A stretch of DNA of 64,000 nucleotides, from the IMG/VR virus record IMGVR_UViG_3300027843_000001. The stretch is one strand, 5' to 3'. The notes under the pieces are model-generated. The model was not told the DNA's origin, searched no databases, and worked only from the letters and a program-made list of their open reading frames with translations. The position numbers and the translations under genes were made by a program. The stretch comes from a virus. Positions 48,691 to 57,348 of this stretch are shown here, piece after piece; the first letter of the stretch is position 1; every line of letters starts with the position of its first letter.

Positions 48691-48823
48691 GTACTCGGCC
48701 ATTACTCGGAACGAATATGTTATATTTCGTGGTACTCTTGTCCTTGCACCCTACGCTAGAAACTAACGCCAACCTAAAGCGCAGACAAATTGCTGCTGTA
48801 CTGATTAAATTTTTACGTTTCAT
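48686..48823 (-). CDS. 45-aa ORF, possible truncated lipoprotein
   Basis: Manual translation MKRKNLISTAAICLRFRLALVSSVGCKDKSTTKYNIFVPSNGRVR. Confidence 0.3.
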   Translation of the reverse strand: MKRKNLISTAAICLRFRLALVSSVGCKDKSTTKYNIFVPSNGRVR

Positions 48824-48850
48824 AAGTTTGTCGGTTTGTATTAAATCCAC

Positions 48851-48917
48851 CAACAAATTAACTTATTAATCCTCATATAAAAAATATGTTAGAAAGCATA
48901 AAAATTATACCTTTGCA
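48851..48917 (+). promoter_or_regulatory. 67-bp promoter block, repeated at 52491-52557
   Basis: caacaaattaact...atataaaaaatatgttagaaagcataaaaattaTACCTTTGca. Confidence 0.75.
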
Positions 48918-48938
48918 ATACACAATATTATAGGCGCT

Positions 48939-49688
48939 ATGACTTTAGACCAGATACTCCACTTAGTTAATTACGTCTGCGTGAAGGAACGCTCGGGGGG
49001 AACTCTATCGCCGGATCAGCTTAATTTTATACTGCCGGCGGCTAATATGAACATGTTCAACCGCAATGTCGAGGCTGCTCAGTTATACACCGTCCAGAAA
49101 AATATTCCTTTTATAGAAGGTATTTATGTCTTTAAATCATTAAATGATTTTCGCAGAAAGGTCGATATAACTTTTACTGCCGGCGCTTACGATTTGAGTA
49201 ATACTTCCGATTATGGCCATTACGCAAGTTTATTCACTAGCTACAATGGCGCTTATAGGCGCATAGACATCTTAACAGATTCCGGATTAGCTGAAAGGCG
49301 TAGCAATATGTTAGCCCCCCGGTTATCGGAGCATCCGGCAGCCGTTATAAATGGTACGGATATTCTCATATATCCCACAGATATTACCGCTGCCGAATTT
49401 ACTTACCTGAAACTACCCAGCATTCCGGTGTACGATTATTACCTGACCTCCTATGGTGAACAAATCGCTTTAGCGGCTGGTCAGACATACACTTTGCAAA
49501 CGGGTGAAATTGGCTCCGCCGGGCAGACTTCCGGTAGTGTGTCATCGACTACGGTAGAATTGGAATGGAGTCCACTATACCATATCGAATTTGCGAATGA
49601 ACTTCTAAAGATGGTGGGCGTAAATCTTAAAGACGAACAAGTGCGTCAATATGCTTCTGCCGCACAGCAAGATAATAGGCCAATATGA
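48939..49688 (+). CDS. Tail ring / head-tail connector protein (crAss-like)
   Basis: Paralogous to 52560-53240 (MTLDQIL vs MNLDSIL; ELEWSPLYH vs QFEWPEAYH). Confidence 0.65.
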   Translation: MTLDQILHLVNYVCVKERSGGTLSPDQLNFILPAANMNMFNRNVEAAQLYTVQKNIPFIEGIYVFKSLNDFRRKVDITFTAGAYDLSNTSDYGHYASLFTSYNGAYRRIDILTDSGLAERRSNMLAPRLSEHPAAVINGTDILIYPTDITAAEFTYLKLPSIPVYDYYLTSYGEQIALAAGQTYTLQTGEIGSAGQTSGSVSSTTVELEWSPLYHIEFANELLKMVGVNLKDEQVRQYASAAQQDNRPI

Positions 49689-50296
49689 CAAAAAACCAAA
49701 TCATAGAGCTGTATAGGCTACAAGTATTGGGGCAGTCATTAACCGATGACCAATCATTCAAAGCGGATGAGAGGGTTATTGAGCTAATGATAACGGCTGC
49801 TTTGAACGAAGTCTATTTTAAGATATTCAAGAAAGACCCTTCAAACTTTGACAGGTACTGTAAACTTTATAAGAATGTAGAGATAAAATACGATTCCGAC
49901 ATCGACCAATACTATTCCGACCTCCCCGCAAAAGTTATTCAGTATCCGATATTAGGCGATGGCGTTTGGAGCATAGGAACCATGCAAGGCTCTACCGTAG
50001 AGTTCGTACCCATATCGCAGGATGACGCAGAGGGCATGACCGGATCAGAATCCTTTCTCATTGACGACGTGGTAAAATATGCCGTTGTTGGCAACCAAGT
50101 CTATTACTTCGGTATAGACCCCGTGAATCCCATAACAGCAGTTAAGATGTTCCTTGTCGTCGAATTTACTGAATGGGGCGCTACGGAAAATGTGCCTATG
50201 CCCTCCGGGCAGGACTTCGATATTATGCAATTAGTTTTGCAGGGATACCGTGCTAAGGATAAGGACAAAGCGAATAATCAAAATAGTATAGCCTAA
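49685..50296 (+). CDS. Tail ring / connector protein
   Basis: 203 aa, translationally coupled within the structural operon. Confidence 0.55.
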   Translation: MTKNQIIELYRLQVLGQSLTDDQSFKADERVIELMITAALNEVYFKIFKKDPSNFDRYCKLYKNVEIKYDSDIDQYYSDLPAKVIQYPILGDGVWSIGTMQGSTVEFVPISQDDAEGMTGSESFLIDDVVKYAVVGNQVYYFGIDPVNPITAVKMFLVVEFTEWGATENVPMPSGQDFDIMQLVLQGYRAKDKDKANNQNSIA

Positions 50297-51006
50297 TGGA
50301 TACCCCCGGAGTACAGACAGTAAAACGCATAGTAACAGACATTGTTTTCTTTTGCCAACTTGGTAAGGATAAGTGGAATTTTGTGTATAAGTTGGTGATT
50401 GATGCCATAAGGGAAATACACATGTTCCACACCGATGAATACAAGGTGGTGAAGGTAAATGTCGATTCCGCACTTAATACGATAGACTGGCCGGATGACT
50501 ATCTGGGTTTTGTGTTCTTAGGGATTCCCCTTAATGGCACTATCTGGACGCTGACAAAGGATAACGACTTAATAACGACTACTACCCTTGTCAATGGGCA
50601 GGAAACCTTAGATAGCGAAGCGGGGGAGGGCGTAACAATTAGTAAACGAACCCGACCCGGATACGCAGTTAAGGGTGGGGTCAATAAATTTTACTACAAA
50701 GAAGACCCCGCCAACAGGCGCATATTCATAAACGGAATTAACCCAGCCAATGTCTTATTAGGGTACGTCAGCTCCGGCGTTACTGACGCAGGAACGTTAG
50801 TACCGATGAAGTACAAAAGCCTTATCGAGAACTATGTCCGGAGCAAATTATTTCTTCTTGGTGACAAACCAGATACCAACAGCTCCGAATATTTTCTTCG
50901 CCTGTATTATGATGAAGTGTCAAAACTCAAAATATTTGAAAGCCCAACCTTAGACGAGATTTATGATGGGCTATCGGAGATATTTACCGGAGTTATGACT
51001 AAATGA
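50296..51006 (+). CDS. Tail ring / tubular protein
   Basis: 236 aa; RRIFIN...VLLGYVSSG...VPMKYKSLIENYV pattern. Confidence 0.6.
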   Translation: MDTPGVQTVKRIVTDIVFFCQLGKDKWNFVYKLVIDAIREIHMFHTDEYKVVKVNVDSALNTIDWPDDYLGFVFLGIPLNGTIWTLTKDNDLITTTTLVNGQETLDSEAGEGVTISKRTRPGYAVKGGVNKFYYKEDPANRRIFINGINPANVLLGYVSSGVTDAGTLVPMKYKSLIENYVRSKLFLLGDKPDTNSSEYFLRLYYDEVSKLKIFESPTLDEIYDGLSEIFTGVMTK

Positions 51007-51017
51007 CGTAGAAAGTA

Positions 51018-51098
51018 TTTAAGTTTTTGTTCGCAAATCTTTAAAATTTCGTAGCGTTTCGTGCTGATACTTAGATTGGTTTAGATATGTAATAGTTA
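51018..51098 (+). mobile_element. Platform C: attI-like site plus integrase stub (start codon ATG changed to ACG)
   Basis: 81-bp copy, 6 mismatches to platform A. Confidence 0.85.
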
Positions 51099-51121
51099 TA
51101 TGCAAGGCTAAGACCGTGCAT

Positions 51122-51952
51122 TTAATCAACATTTGTGGGTTCATCCGTAAAAGAAAAAAGCCCACGCTCTTTTGCTTTTTCAAAGCAATTAGGGTTTATG
51201 TCGCAACCTATAAAGTTTCGTTTCAAATCTTTGCATACTTCGGCAGTTGTAAAACTTCCAGAATAAAAGTCTGCAACTAAATCTCCTTCATTGCTACTTG
51301 CTTTAATAATTCGCTCAATTAATGCTTTTGGTTTTTGGGTATCATATCCAAGTCTTTCAGAGTTAGTCGGCCCCAAATTATTCAATTCCCAAACATCATC
51401 AATAGGTGTTGAATCTTGTATTTTATAAACAACATCACCATTTTCGTCCCTTTTCATTACCTTTTTACCATCTTTCACATCTACTTTATTTTTCTTTCTT
51501 GGTGTCTCTAATGGCAATCTTAATTCATTAAATATTATTTTGTCAGTTTTGCCATAAAATATAAGTATATCGTGGTTTTTAGCAAACGCCTTTTGCTTTA
51601 TACTCCATTTATTGTAACTCCAAATAACCTCATTCACAAAATTATCGTATCCAAATATGTCATCCATTATACACCTAATCCAATGGTTTATTTTGGTATC
51701 CATTTGTAAATAAATACTTCCTGTTGGTTTCAATATTCGGTGCATTTCTTTTATTCGTGGTATATAGTGGCTTTCAATTTCACTTCTTATGGGTTTCAAA
51801 TCTTGGTAGTCTTTAAACTTCCTGCCAGTTCCATAAAGTATATCACAATAAATTAAGTCTATCGTGTTATCTTTAATTTCTGCCATCAATTCTAAATTGT
51901 CGCAAATTCTAAGGTCTAAAAAACCATCCCCATTTTTTTCTTTTACTATCAT
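51122..51952 (-). CDS. Cassette C1 gene: DNA methyltransferase (N6-A/N4-C, beta-type order)
   Basis: IYCDILYGTG, LKPTGSIY, NEVIW, YDTQKPKALIERII and ADFYSGSFTT motifs. Confidence 0.9.
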   Translation of the reverse strand: MIVKEKNGDGFLDLRICDNLELMAEIKDNTIDLIYCDILYGTGRKFKDYQDLKPIRSEIESHYIPRIKEMHRILKPTGSIYLQMDTKINHWIRCIMDDIFGYDNFVNEVIWSYNKWSIKQKAFAKNHDILIFYGKTDKIIFNELRLPLETPRKKNKVDVKDGKKVMKRDENGDVVYKIQDSTPIDDVWELNNLGPTNSERLGYDTQKPKALIERIIKASSNEGDLVADFYSGSFTTAEVCKDLKRNFIGCDINPNCFEKAKERGLFSFTDEPTNVD

Positions 51953-51993
51953 TTATTCATTTAATTAAGTTTCTACTAATTTTACCGCCCAGC

Positions 51994-52093
51994 ATATAAC
52001 ACGTTGTATATGTCAGTTTTGCCAATTGGCTTTCGTGCTTTGAATAGGAATGTGTGCGTGGCAAAACCGAACACATACAACCATCCGTTAGCG
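51994..52093 (+). mobile_element. attC-like site C1 (100 bp)
   Basis: ATATAAC-ACGTT-GTATATGTCAGTTTTGCC ... GGCAAAACCGAACACATAC-AACCATCC-GTTAGCG. Confidence 0.85.
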
Positions 52094-52402
52094 GGCATTG
52101 TAATGAACACAGCCGAACCAACTTTTAGTTGAATATTCAAATCCTAATCCATCATGAACACATATAGGATATGATTGCATTCCAGTTTTTTCAGTATCAG
52201 GGTATTCTTCTTTTGGATATGTTTTCCCCGTTATTTCAGTTCCATTTTCAATCCATTTTCCAGAAAGTATTAAGCATTCGCCCATATCTTTTGAATATTC
52301 GGATTCTTCTTTTTTATTCCAATTTTTACATGATAAACAACGACCCGCTAACACACGGTTAGCGCAATTGCCGTTTTTGTGGTTATTCGTAGTTTCTACC
52401 AT
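52088..52402 (-). CDS. Cassette C2 gene, Cys-containing hypothetical
   Basis: ATG inside the attC C2 loop; CLSCKNW and FGCVHY motifs; stop codon in the junction. Confidence 0.7.
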   Translation of the reverse strand: MVETTNNHKNGNCANRVLAGRCLSCKNWNKKEESEYSKDMGECLILSGKWIENGTEITGKTYPKEEYPDTEKTGMQSYPICVHDGLGFEYSTKSWFGCVHYNAR

Positions 52403-52476
52403 TTTATTAAGTTTTTAGTAAATTGATAATTAAGTTCTTTTTAGTCGGCAACTTCGCTAACCGTCAGCCGTTATCG
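52346..52476 (+). mobile_element. attC-like site C2 (131 bp)
   Basis: CGCTAAC-ACACG-GTTAGCGCAATTGCCG ... CGGCAACTTCGCTAAC-CGTCAGCC-GTTATCG. Confidence 0.85.
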
Positions 52477-52490
52477 CTCCTGTAATTACT

Positions 52491-52557
52491 CAACAAATTA
52501 ACTCGTTAATACACATATAAAAAATATGTTAGAAAGCATAAAAATTATACCTTTGCA
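52491..52557 (+). promoter_or_regulatory. 67-bp promoter block, repeat of 48851-48917
   Basis: Nearly identical copy; TACCTTTG at 52548-52555. Confidence 0.75.
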
Positions 52558-52559
52558 GT

Positions 52560-53240
52560 ATGAACTTAGACTCTATACTAAATACGGTCAGAACCATTAT
52601 TAACCAAGTAAGCCCTTCCTTACAGCTTACGGAGGATATGTTTTCGGACGTGTGCCAATTGGTCAACCTGGATTACTTCAAGTTGTGGTGCGGACTTCCG
52701 GAAGACTGGGCACCGGGGCAGCCGGTTTCCCGAAGGGGCTGGCAGGTGTCGAGCCAAAACACGGAAGCACTCAAGACGTTCTTAGTTGACGAGGCTACGT
52801 ACTCTGTCACCATAGCCGGTAAGTTGACATACCCCGCCAACTTTGTCCATATTGATCTTATAAAGTTCAACTACCAAGGCACTGAAATATCGGTCACAGA
52901 AAAGGATCATCAGGAAATAGGGAACTTACTTAAAAGCCCTATTCTTGCACCTACTTCGCAATACCCCATTTTCACCTATTACGGGGCTTACCTTCAATTT
53001 TATCCTAAGGATTTAGCCAATGTAACGATGAGCTACTTCCGGCTTCCTACGACCCCGAAATATGTCATAAAGGAGGAGAACGGGGTCAACGTATACGACC
53101 CTGATAATTCAGTTCAATTCGAATGGCCGGAGGCTTACCACAATGACTTGGTTAAAATGATTCTCTCCTATTTGGGCATAAGCTCAAAGGATGTCAATGT
53201 GGCTAATTACGCAGAAAGTGTTAAGGCTAAAGGGGCTTAA
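52560..53240 (+). CDS. Tail ring / connector protein, paralog of 48939-49688
   Basis: Shared N- and C-terminal motifs, and YFRLPTTP vs YLKLPSIP. Confidence 0.65.
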   Translation: MNLDSILNTVRTIINQVSPSLQLTEDMFSDVCQLVNLDYFKLWCGLPEDWAPGQPVSRRGWQVSSQNTEALKTFLVDEATYSVTIAGKLTYPANFVHIDLIKFNYQGTEISVTEKDHQEIGNLLKSPILAPTSQYPIFTYYGAYLQFYPKDLANVTMSYFRLPTTPKYVIKEENGVNVYDPDNSVQFEWPEAYHNDLVKMILSYLGISSKDVNVANYAESVKAKGA

Positions 53241-53250
53241 GCCCTTTTAG
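53227..53250. terminator. Stop-codon-centred palindrome (one G:T pair)
   Basis: ctaaaggggctt|aagcccttttag. Confidence 0.65.
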
Positions 53251-53269
53251 GAAAAATTTTATTGTATCC

Positions 53270-53512
53270 TCATCGATTGTACCAATCTTGCGAAGACTTT
53301 ATAATGTTTTTAAGCTCTGCTAGCTCTTTGGCAGAGGAACTTAACAGCGATGGCTCCCTCCACGTATAGGTTTTAACACCATCTTCTACTAAAATCCTTA
53401 CAAATCGGCGATACGGATATTTTGGACGTACGCTACATAACTGCTTAACTCTGTAGCTGTAAGCGAAGAAGGGATCTATCGCCTTTATTTCTTCTAGAAG
53501 TTCATCTTTCAT
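53270..53512 (-). CDS. Hypothetical protein
   Basis: Probable start MKDELLEE. Confidence 0.55.
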   Translation of the reverse strand: MKDELLEEIKAIDPFFAYSYRVKQLCSVRPKYPYRRFVRILVEDGVKTYTWREPSLLSSSAKELAELKNIIKSSQDWYNR

Positions 53513-53522
53513 AATAATCGGT

Positions 53523-53714
53523 TTATAGCGCCATAGGTGGATCAGTAACTTTGTATATGCAATACCCGTCGGCATCCGCCCTTTTTGCCGTTGGGTTCAT
53601 TATGTACTGGCGCCAGAGTTTATTGATTGTGTCCTCATCCGTTTGTACCCTTACGCCGTTGGCGTCTTCGTACCATTGATCCCGGCCTTTTTCACCAAAA
53701 ATATGTACTTCCAT
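53523..53714 (-). CDS. Hypothetical protein
   Basis: 63 aa; starts 5 nt from the platform D stub. Confidence 0.6.
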   Translation of the reverse strand: MEVHIFGEKGRDQWYEDANGVRVQTDEDTINKLWRQYIMNPTAKRADADGYCIYKVTDPPMAL

Positions 53715-53718
53715 AGGT

Positions 53719-53799
53719 TTTAAGTTTTTGTTCGCAAATCCTTAAAATTTCGTAGTGTTTCATGCTGATACTCAGATCGGTTTAGATATATAATAGTTA
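53719..53799 (+). mobile_element. Platform D: attI-like site plus integrase stub
   Basis: 81 bp, 2 mismatches to platform A. Confidence 0.88.
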
Positions 53800-53806
53800 T
53801 ATGAAA

Positions 53807-53992
53807 TTATTCAATCCACCGCCTAACAACTTCAAACTCATTGTTATTAGTCCAGCATTTCAAATAATCTCTTTCTAACAATATTTCAACTAATGAACTT
53901 ATTTCAAAGTCATCTAAATCAACTGTAATTTCAAACTGCTTATATTTTAAGCTTCCTGTATTTACTTTTATTTCATAATGTATGTTAATCAT
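53807..53992 (-). CDS. Cassette D1 gene, hypothetical
   Basis: Probable start MINIHY; cassette ends GTTATATG / CATATAAC. Confidence 0.6.
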   Translation of the reverse strand: MINIHYEIKVNTGSLKYKQFEITVDLDDFEISSLVEILLERDYLKCWTNNNEFEVVRRWIE

Positions 53993-54011
53993 ATATTTAA
54001 ATATAAACCTC

Positions 54012-54142
54012 ATATAACATCGGCTCATATTTCATAAGGGTTTAAGTGCGATGTGTAACTTTTCCCCTCGTAGGTAATTATTTGTAATTTGACAGGCTTG
54101 TGCTTCGATTACCCTTACGAAACATAGCCGTGTTCGTTAGCC
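54012..54142 (+). mobile_element. attC-like site D1 (131 bp)
   Basis: ATATAAC-ATCGG-CTCATATTTCATAAGGG ... CCCTTACGAAACATAG-CCGTGTTC-GTTAGCC. Confidence 0.88.
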
Positions 54143-54850
54143 ACCATATACAAACAGCCTTTCGACAGTTTTGTAAGTTAATGTGGTATTCATTGAATTT
54201 GTTACTTCTTTCGACCAAACACAAATAAAGTCATTTGGTGCTTGATATTCGGAAATAAATACTTTATGTCCTTGATTTGTCATATCTCTACACCATCCCC
54301 AAAATTTATTATGGTTAAAGTTTTTTGAAGTTGCATATTGTTTTGTGTTTTGGTACGGAATGTCGCAATAAATTATAGAATTTTCAAATAGTTCAATGTC
54401 AGAATAGTTTCCACTTATAAATATTGCACCTTTTAAAAATTCAACTTGTTTTAATGTATTTCTAATTTGTTCATCAACATAATCCCTTGTTGCTGTTTTA
54501 CCTGAATATCCACCATCGAAAAACCTACCATTAAAAGAAGCCATCCACCCAATCCACCCAATCATAAAATCGTCAAATTCTATGTTAGTCCCATTATTAT
54601 ATTCTGATCTTGCTTTTGAATATAACTCTTTCGATATTTCCATTGGTTTATCTCTATTTTCTTGCAATCCTTTCCACATTGCAATCAAATATTTGTTTTT
54701 ATCAATAGCAATCCTATTTCCAGAAACTTTGTCAAATGTTCCTAAACCACCACAAAACGGCTCAATATAGTATTGATTATCTTTTCTGTCTTTTAATATA
54801 ATCGGAAGTATTTCTTTTGCTATCCGATTTTTTGAACCCATGTATTTCAT
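54137..54850 (-). CDS. Cassette D2 gene: Dam-like (D12 class) DNA adenine methyltransferase
   Basis: YMGSKNRIAK, YIEPFCGG, IYCDIPY and VFISEY motifs; stop codon in the junction. Confidence 0.9.
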   Translation of the reverse strand: MKYMGSKNRIAKEILPIILKDRKDNQYYIEPFCGGLGTFDKVSGNRIAIDKNKYLIAMWKGLQENRDKPMEISKELYSKARSEYNNGTNIEFDDFMIGWIGWMASFNGRFFDGGYSGKTATRDYVDEQIRNTLKQVEFLKGAIFISGNYSDIELFENSIIYCDIPYQNTKQYATSKNFNHNKFWGWCRDMTNQGHKVFISEYQAPNDFICVWSKEVTNSMNTTLTYKTVERLFVYGG

Positions 54851-54883
54851 TTATCTATATTTTAATTTATTACTAAATACGGT

Positions 54884-55014
54884 GGCTAACAATGTGTAGC
54901 ACCAATAAGGGTTTTACTGCAAATTTTAAGCGTTGTAGTCCGCTTGTTGGTCGGTATAGTTTGATAGGTTTGAACTCCGCAATCCCTTACTTGTGCTACA
55001 CTCGTCCGTTATAA
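54884..55014 (+). mobile_element. attC-like site D2 (131 bp)
   Basis: GGCTAAC-AATGT-GTAGCACCAATAAGGG ... CCCTTACTTGTGCTAC-ACTCGTCC-GTTATAA. Confidence 0.88.
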
Positions 55015-55060
55015 CCAATGCAAGAACGCTCCTTGGATAGTTCCTGCATTAGATTAAAGT

Positions 55061-55540
55061 TTACTCTTTCAAAAGAAGTTTAGCAACATCTTCTTTTAAC
55101 ATTCCGTTTTCGTGCAATTTTGCTACAATTTGAGAAGCAAAAAGCATATCGTAACGGTCTTTAAGCTCTTTTGATATTTTATCAGAAGTTTTTGTCGTTT
55201 GAGAGTTTAAAAAATCTCTCAATTTGTTTTCGCTTAATTGCGTTCTTTCCAATTCTTCTGTTATCCATTCGGAAATAGAAATCATGTCATTGGAATTGTA
55301 ACGCTTTTTAACTTTGGCGTTTACAACAAGCTCATTTAAGGCACTTATTATAAATTGCTCCTTTTGCTTTTCAATTTCCGCAATCACGGCACTATTAAAT
55401 TCAGCACCTATTTTTGCTTTCCAATCGGCTAAAATTTGTTGCCTTACATTATAGGCAATTGCACTTTTAATTTGCTCCGAAAAAGAGCTTTCGTCTTCTG
55501 AATAAAAATCAGATAAATCTACTGTTACATTAATTTTCAT
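55061..55540 (-). CDS. Cassette D3 gene, helical hypothetical
   Basis: 159 aa; cassette ends GTTATAACCA / TGGTTATAAC. Confidence 0.75.
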   Translation of the reverse strand: MKINVTVDLSDFYSEDESSFSEQIKSAIAYNVRQQILADWKAKIGAEFNSAVIAEIEKQKEQFIISALNELVVNAKVKKRYNSNDMISISEWITEELERTQLSENKLRDFLNSQTTKTSDKISKELKDRYDMLFASQIVAKLHENGMLKEDVAKLLLKE

Positions 55541-55586
55541 TTCTTTAAGTATTTAGTTATTAATAATTTAAAATAAAATGCACTGG

Positions 55587-55717
55587 TTATAACACACGCT
55601 CATACGTAACGTTGGTTTTAGTGCCTATTTTATGCGGTCTGCTTCTAATTTAGTTCGGTAACGTGGGATAAGTAACCGCTTCGAAATCCCACGCTACGCA
55701 TAGCGGAAACGTTAAAT
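55587..55717 (+). mobile_element. attC-like site D3 (131 bp)
   Basis: TTATAAC-ACACG-CTCATACGTAACGTTGG ... CCACGCTACGCATAG-CGGAAAC-GTTAAAT. Confidence 0.85.
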
Positions 55718-55869
55718 ACACAATCACGCATTACATCTCTACCCGGAGCAATAACTAATAATGTTTTCATAATTTAAAATTTACTGTATTTTGATAAATA
55801 TGTTTTTCGATTTCCGATACTTTTCACAGAAACCAACAAATCGGGTTTTATAATATTCTGCTGTTTAGT

Positions 55870-56097
55870 TTAATTCTCCATATACCTTTTCTGATGCGCA
55901 ATTAAGTTGAGCATACCCGCAGAATTTTTTTCTGCTTCCGAAAATAATTCTGTTAGTGTTTTGTTATACACCTTATTTTGCTTTTCAAAATCCCTACTGA
56001 CTTTTCTGTTTGCAAAGAATATAGCCACTGCTGCTAATATGCCAACGGCATCTATGACAAGTGCTGTATAAGCTAATATGTCTATTACGTTTTTCAT
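55870..56097 (-). CDS. Small membrane protein
   Basis: N-terminal TM segment. Confidence 0.6.
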   Translation of the reverse strand: MKNVIDILAYTALVIDAVGILAAVAIFFANRKVSRDFEKQNKVYNKTLTELFSEAEKNSAGMLNLIAHQKRYMEN

Positions 56098-56306
56098 GCT
56101 TTCTCAAAATAAATTCTTAAGTCATAATGAATCCCGACATAATCCCAATTAAAGAAGCAAGTCTCTTTTGGTATAGGGTACTCTTGGAATCCGTAAACAG
56201 CCAAATCGCGTTTCAAATGGTCAAAGTTAAGGTAATCCTTAGATAACTCCCGGCCATTGCCGTATCGCTTTGTATCCAGTTTGGCATAATAAAAATTTTT
56301 CTCCAT
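56094..56306 (-). CDS. Hypothetical protein
   Basis: 70 aa; AAAGCCATG start context. Confidence 0.6.
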   Translation of the reverse strand: MEKNFYYAKLDTKRYGNGRELSKDYLNFDHLKRDLAVYGFQEYPIPKETCFFNWDYVGIHYDLRIYFEKA

Positions 56307-56333
56307 GGCTTTATTTATAATTTGTTTGCGTTA

Positions 56334-56690
56334 TTACAGCATTTGACCTTCGTGAGCGTTACCTAGTATAACATAACGTTCTGATTCAAATGAGTCGTTT
56401 AAGAATTGTTGGCCCCTAGATATTTCCGGATGCGGGTTACCAATAATTTTTATCCGGTTAGCAATTAATACGTAGCCCCTCCACTATATGAGGTATATAA
56501 CTGTCCCAGTCACAAGGTATTCTTTGTAAGGGTCTCTGCTACGCCCATCATACCCATCATAGTAATGATTATTCATTATTAGGGTCTCTGTAATAGCTGT
56601 GTAATCCCCCTCCCGCATAAGTTGGCCGTTCTTATCCTCGAAGGATGTTAAAAACAGGTGCCTACTGCTATCTAATTCTTTTTTCTCCAT
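56334..56690 (-). pseudogene. YopX-like gene interrupted by an in-frame TAG (56484-56486)
   Basis: FEDKNGQLMREGD before the TAG; the frame stays open for 49 codons after it and ends VILGNAHEGQML (YopX C-terminal IGNIHE-like). Confidence 0.7.
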
Positions 56691-56698
56691 GACTTTAT

Positions 56699-56938
56699 TT
56701 ATCTGTATTTTATTTTCAACATTAAAACATAATTCTCTACGCTCTTAAGCAAATCTGATTCGCTGCCCGGTACAAACTGCTTACCGTGCAAAGAACTCAA
56801 TGCTATTCTGTAGTACCTGAGGGCTTTTATTTCATCCCTCAGGCCGGTACCATTATCCGACAATGCTTTTTTATCTAATTGGGTTATGAACTTTGTCAGA
56901 TCATTTATGAATTTTTCTTTGTAGGTCATAGGTTCCAA
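56699..56938 (-). CDS. Hypothetical protein
   Basis: 79 aa ORF in the early operon. Confidence 0.6.
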   Translation of the reverse strand: MEPMTYKEKFINDLTKFITQLDKKALSDNGTGLRDEIKALRYYRIALSSLHGKQFVPGSESDLLKSVENYVLMLKIKYR

Positions 56939-57129
56939 CTTTTTATTTCTTTGACCATCCTTACGGAATCTTTACGGAATACCATAATAAAGGAATCCTT
57001 TTTCAACTTGTTGCATGACCCCTCAAGATAGCCATTTGTATAGATATACATTACGTTCGTTAATGCTAAATTCGATATTCGCGTACAGGATACGAGCGAT
57101 AAGGCAGCCATTGCTATAATCGTTTTCAT
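56926..57129 (-). CDS. Small lipoprotein-like protein
   Basis: Probable start MKTIIAMAALSLVSC. Confidence 0.55.
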   Translation of the reverse strand: MKTIIAMAALSLVSCTRISNLALTNVMYIYTNGYLEGSCNKLKKDSFIMVFRKDSVRMVKEIKSWNL

Positions 57130-57130
57130 A

Positions 57131-57325
57131 CTACCTACAATTAAATTCATCGTTTATGGGCATTGCGAAGCAAGTGGAAAACCTGCCCTCCCAGAACCGG
57201 CCATTGTGCGAAAACTTAGGCGGCTTTTGGGGCTTATCGGTAGAGGCAACATAGTGATGACCCTTTTCATCAATGGCCATTAGTGTCTGGCCAGATTTTG
57301 ATAACTCAAAAGTAAGTTTTTCCAT
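57131..57325 (-). CDS. Hypothetical protein
   Basis: 64 aa, directly after the platform E stub. Confidence 0.6.
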   Translation of the reverse strand: MEKLTFELSKSGQTLMAIDEKGHHYVASTDKPQKPPKFSHNGRFWEGRFSTCFAMPINDEFNCR

Positions 57326-57348
57326 GACGTTTTTATTTTAGTTTGTTG

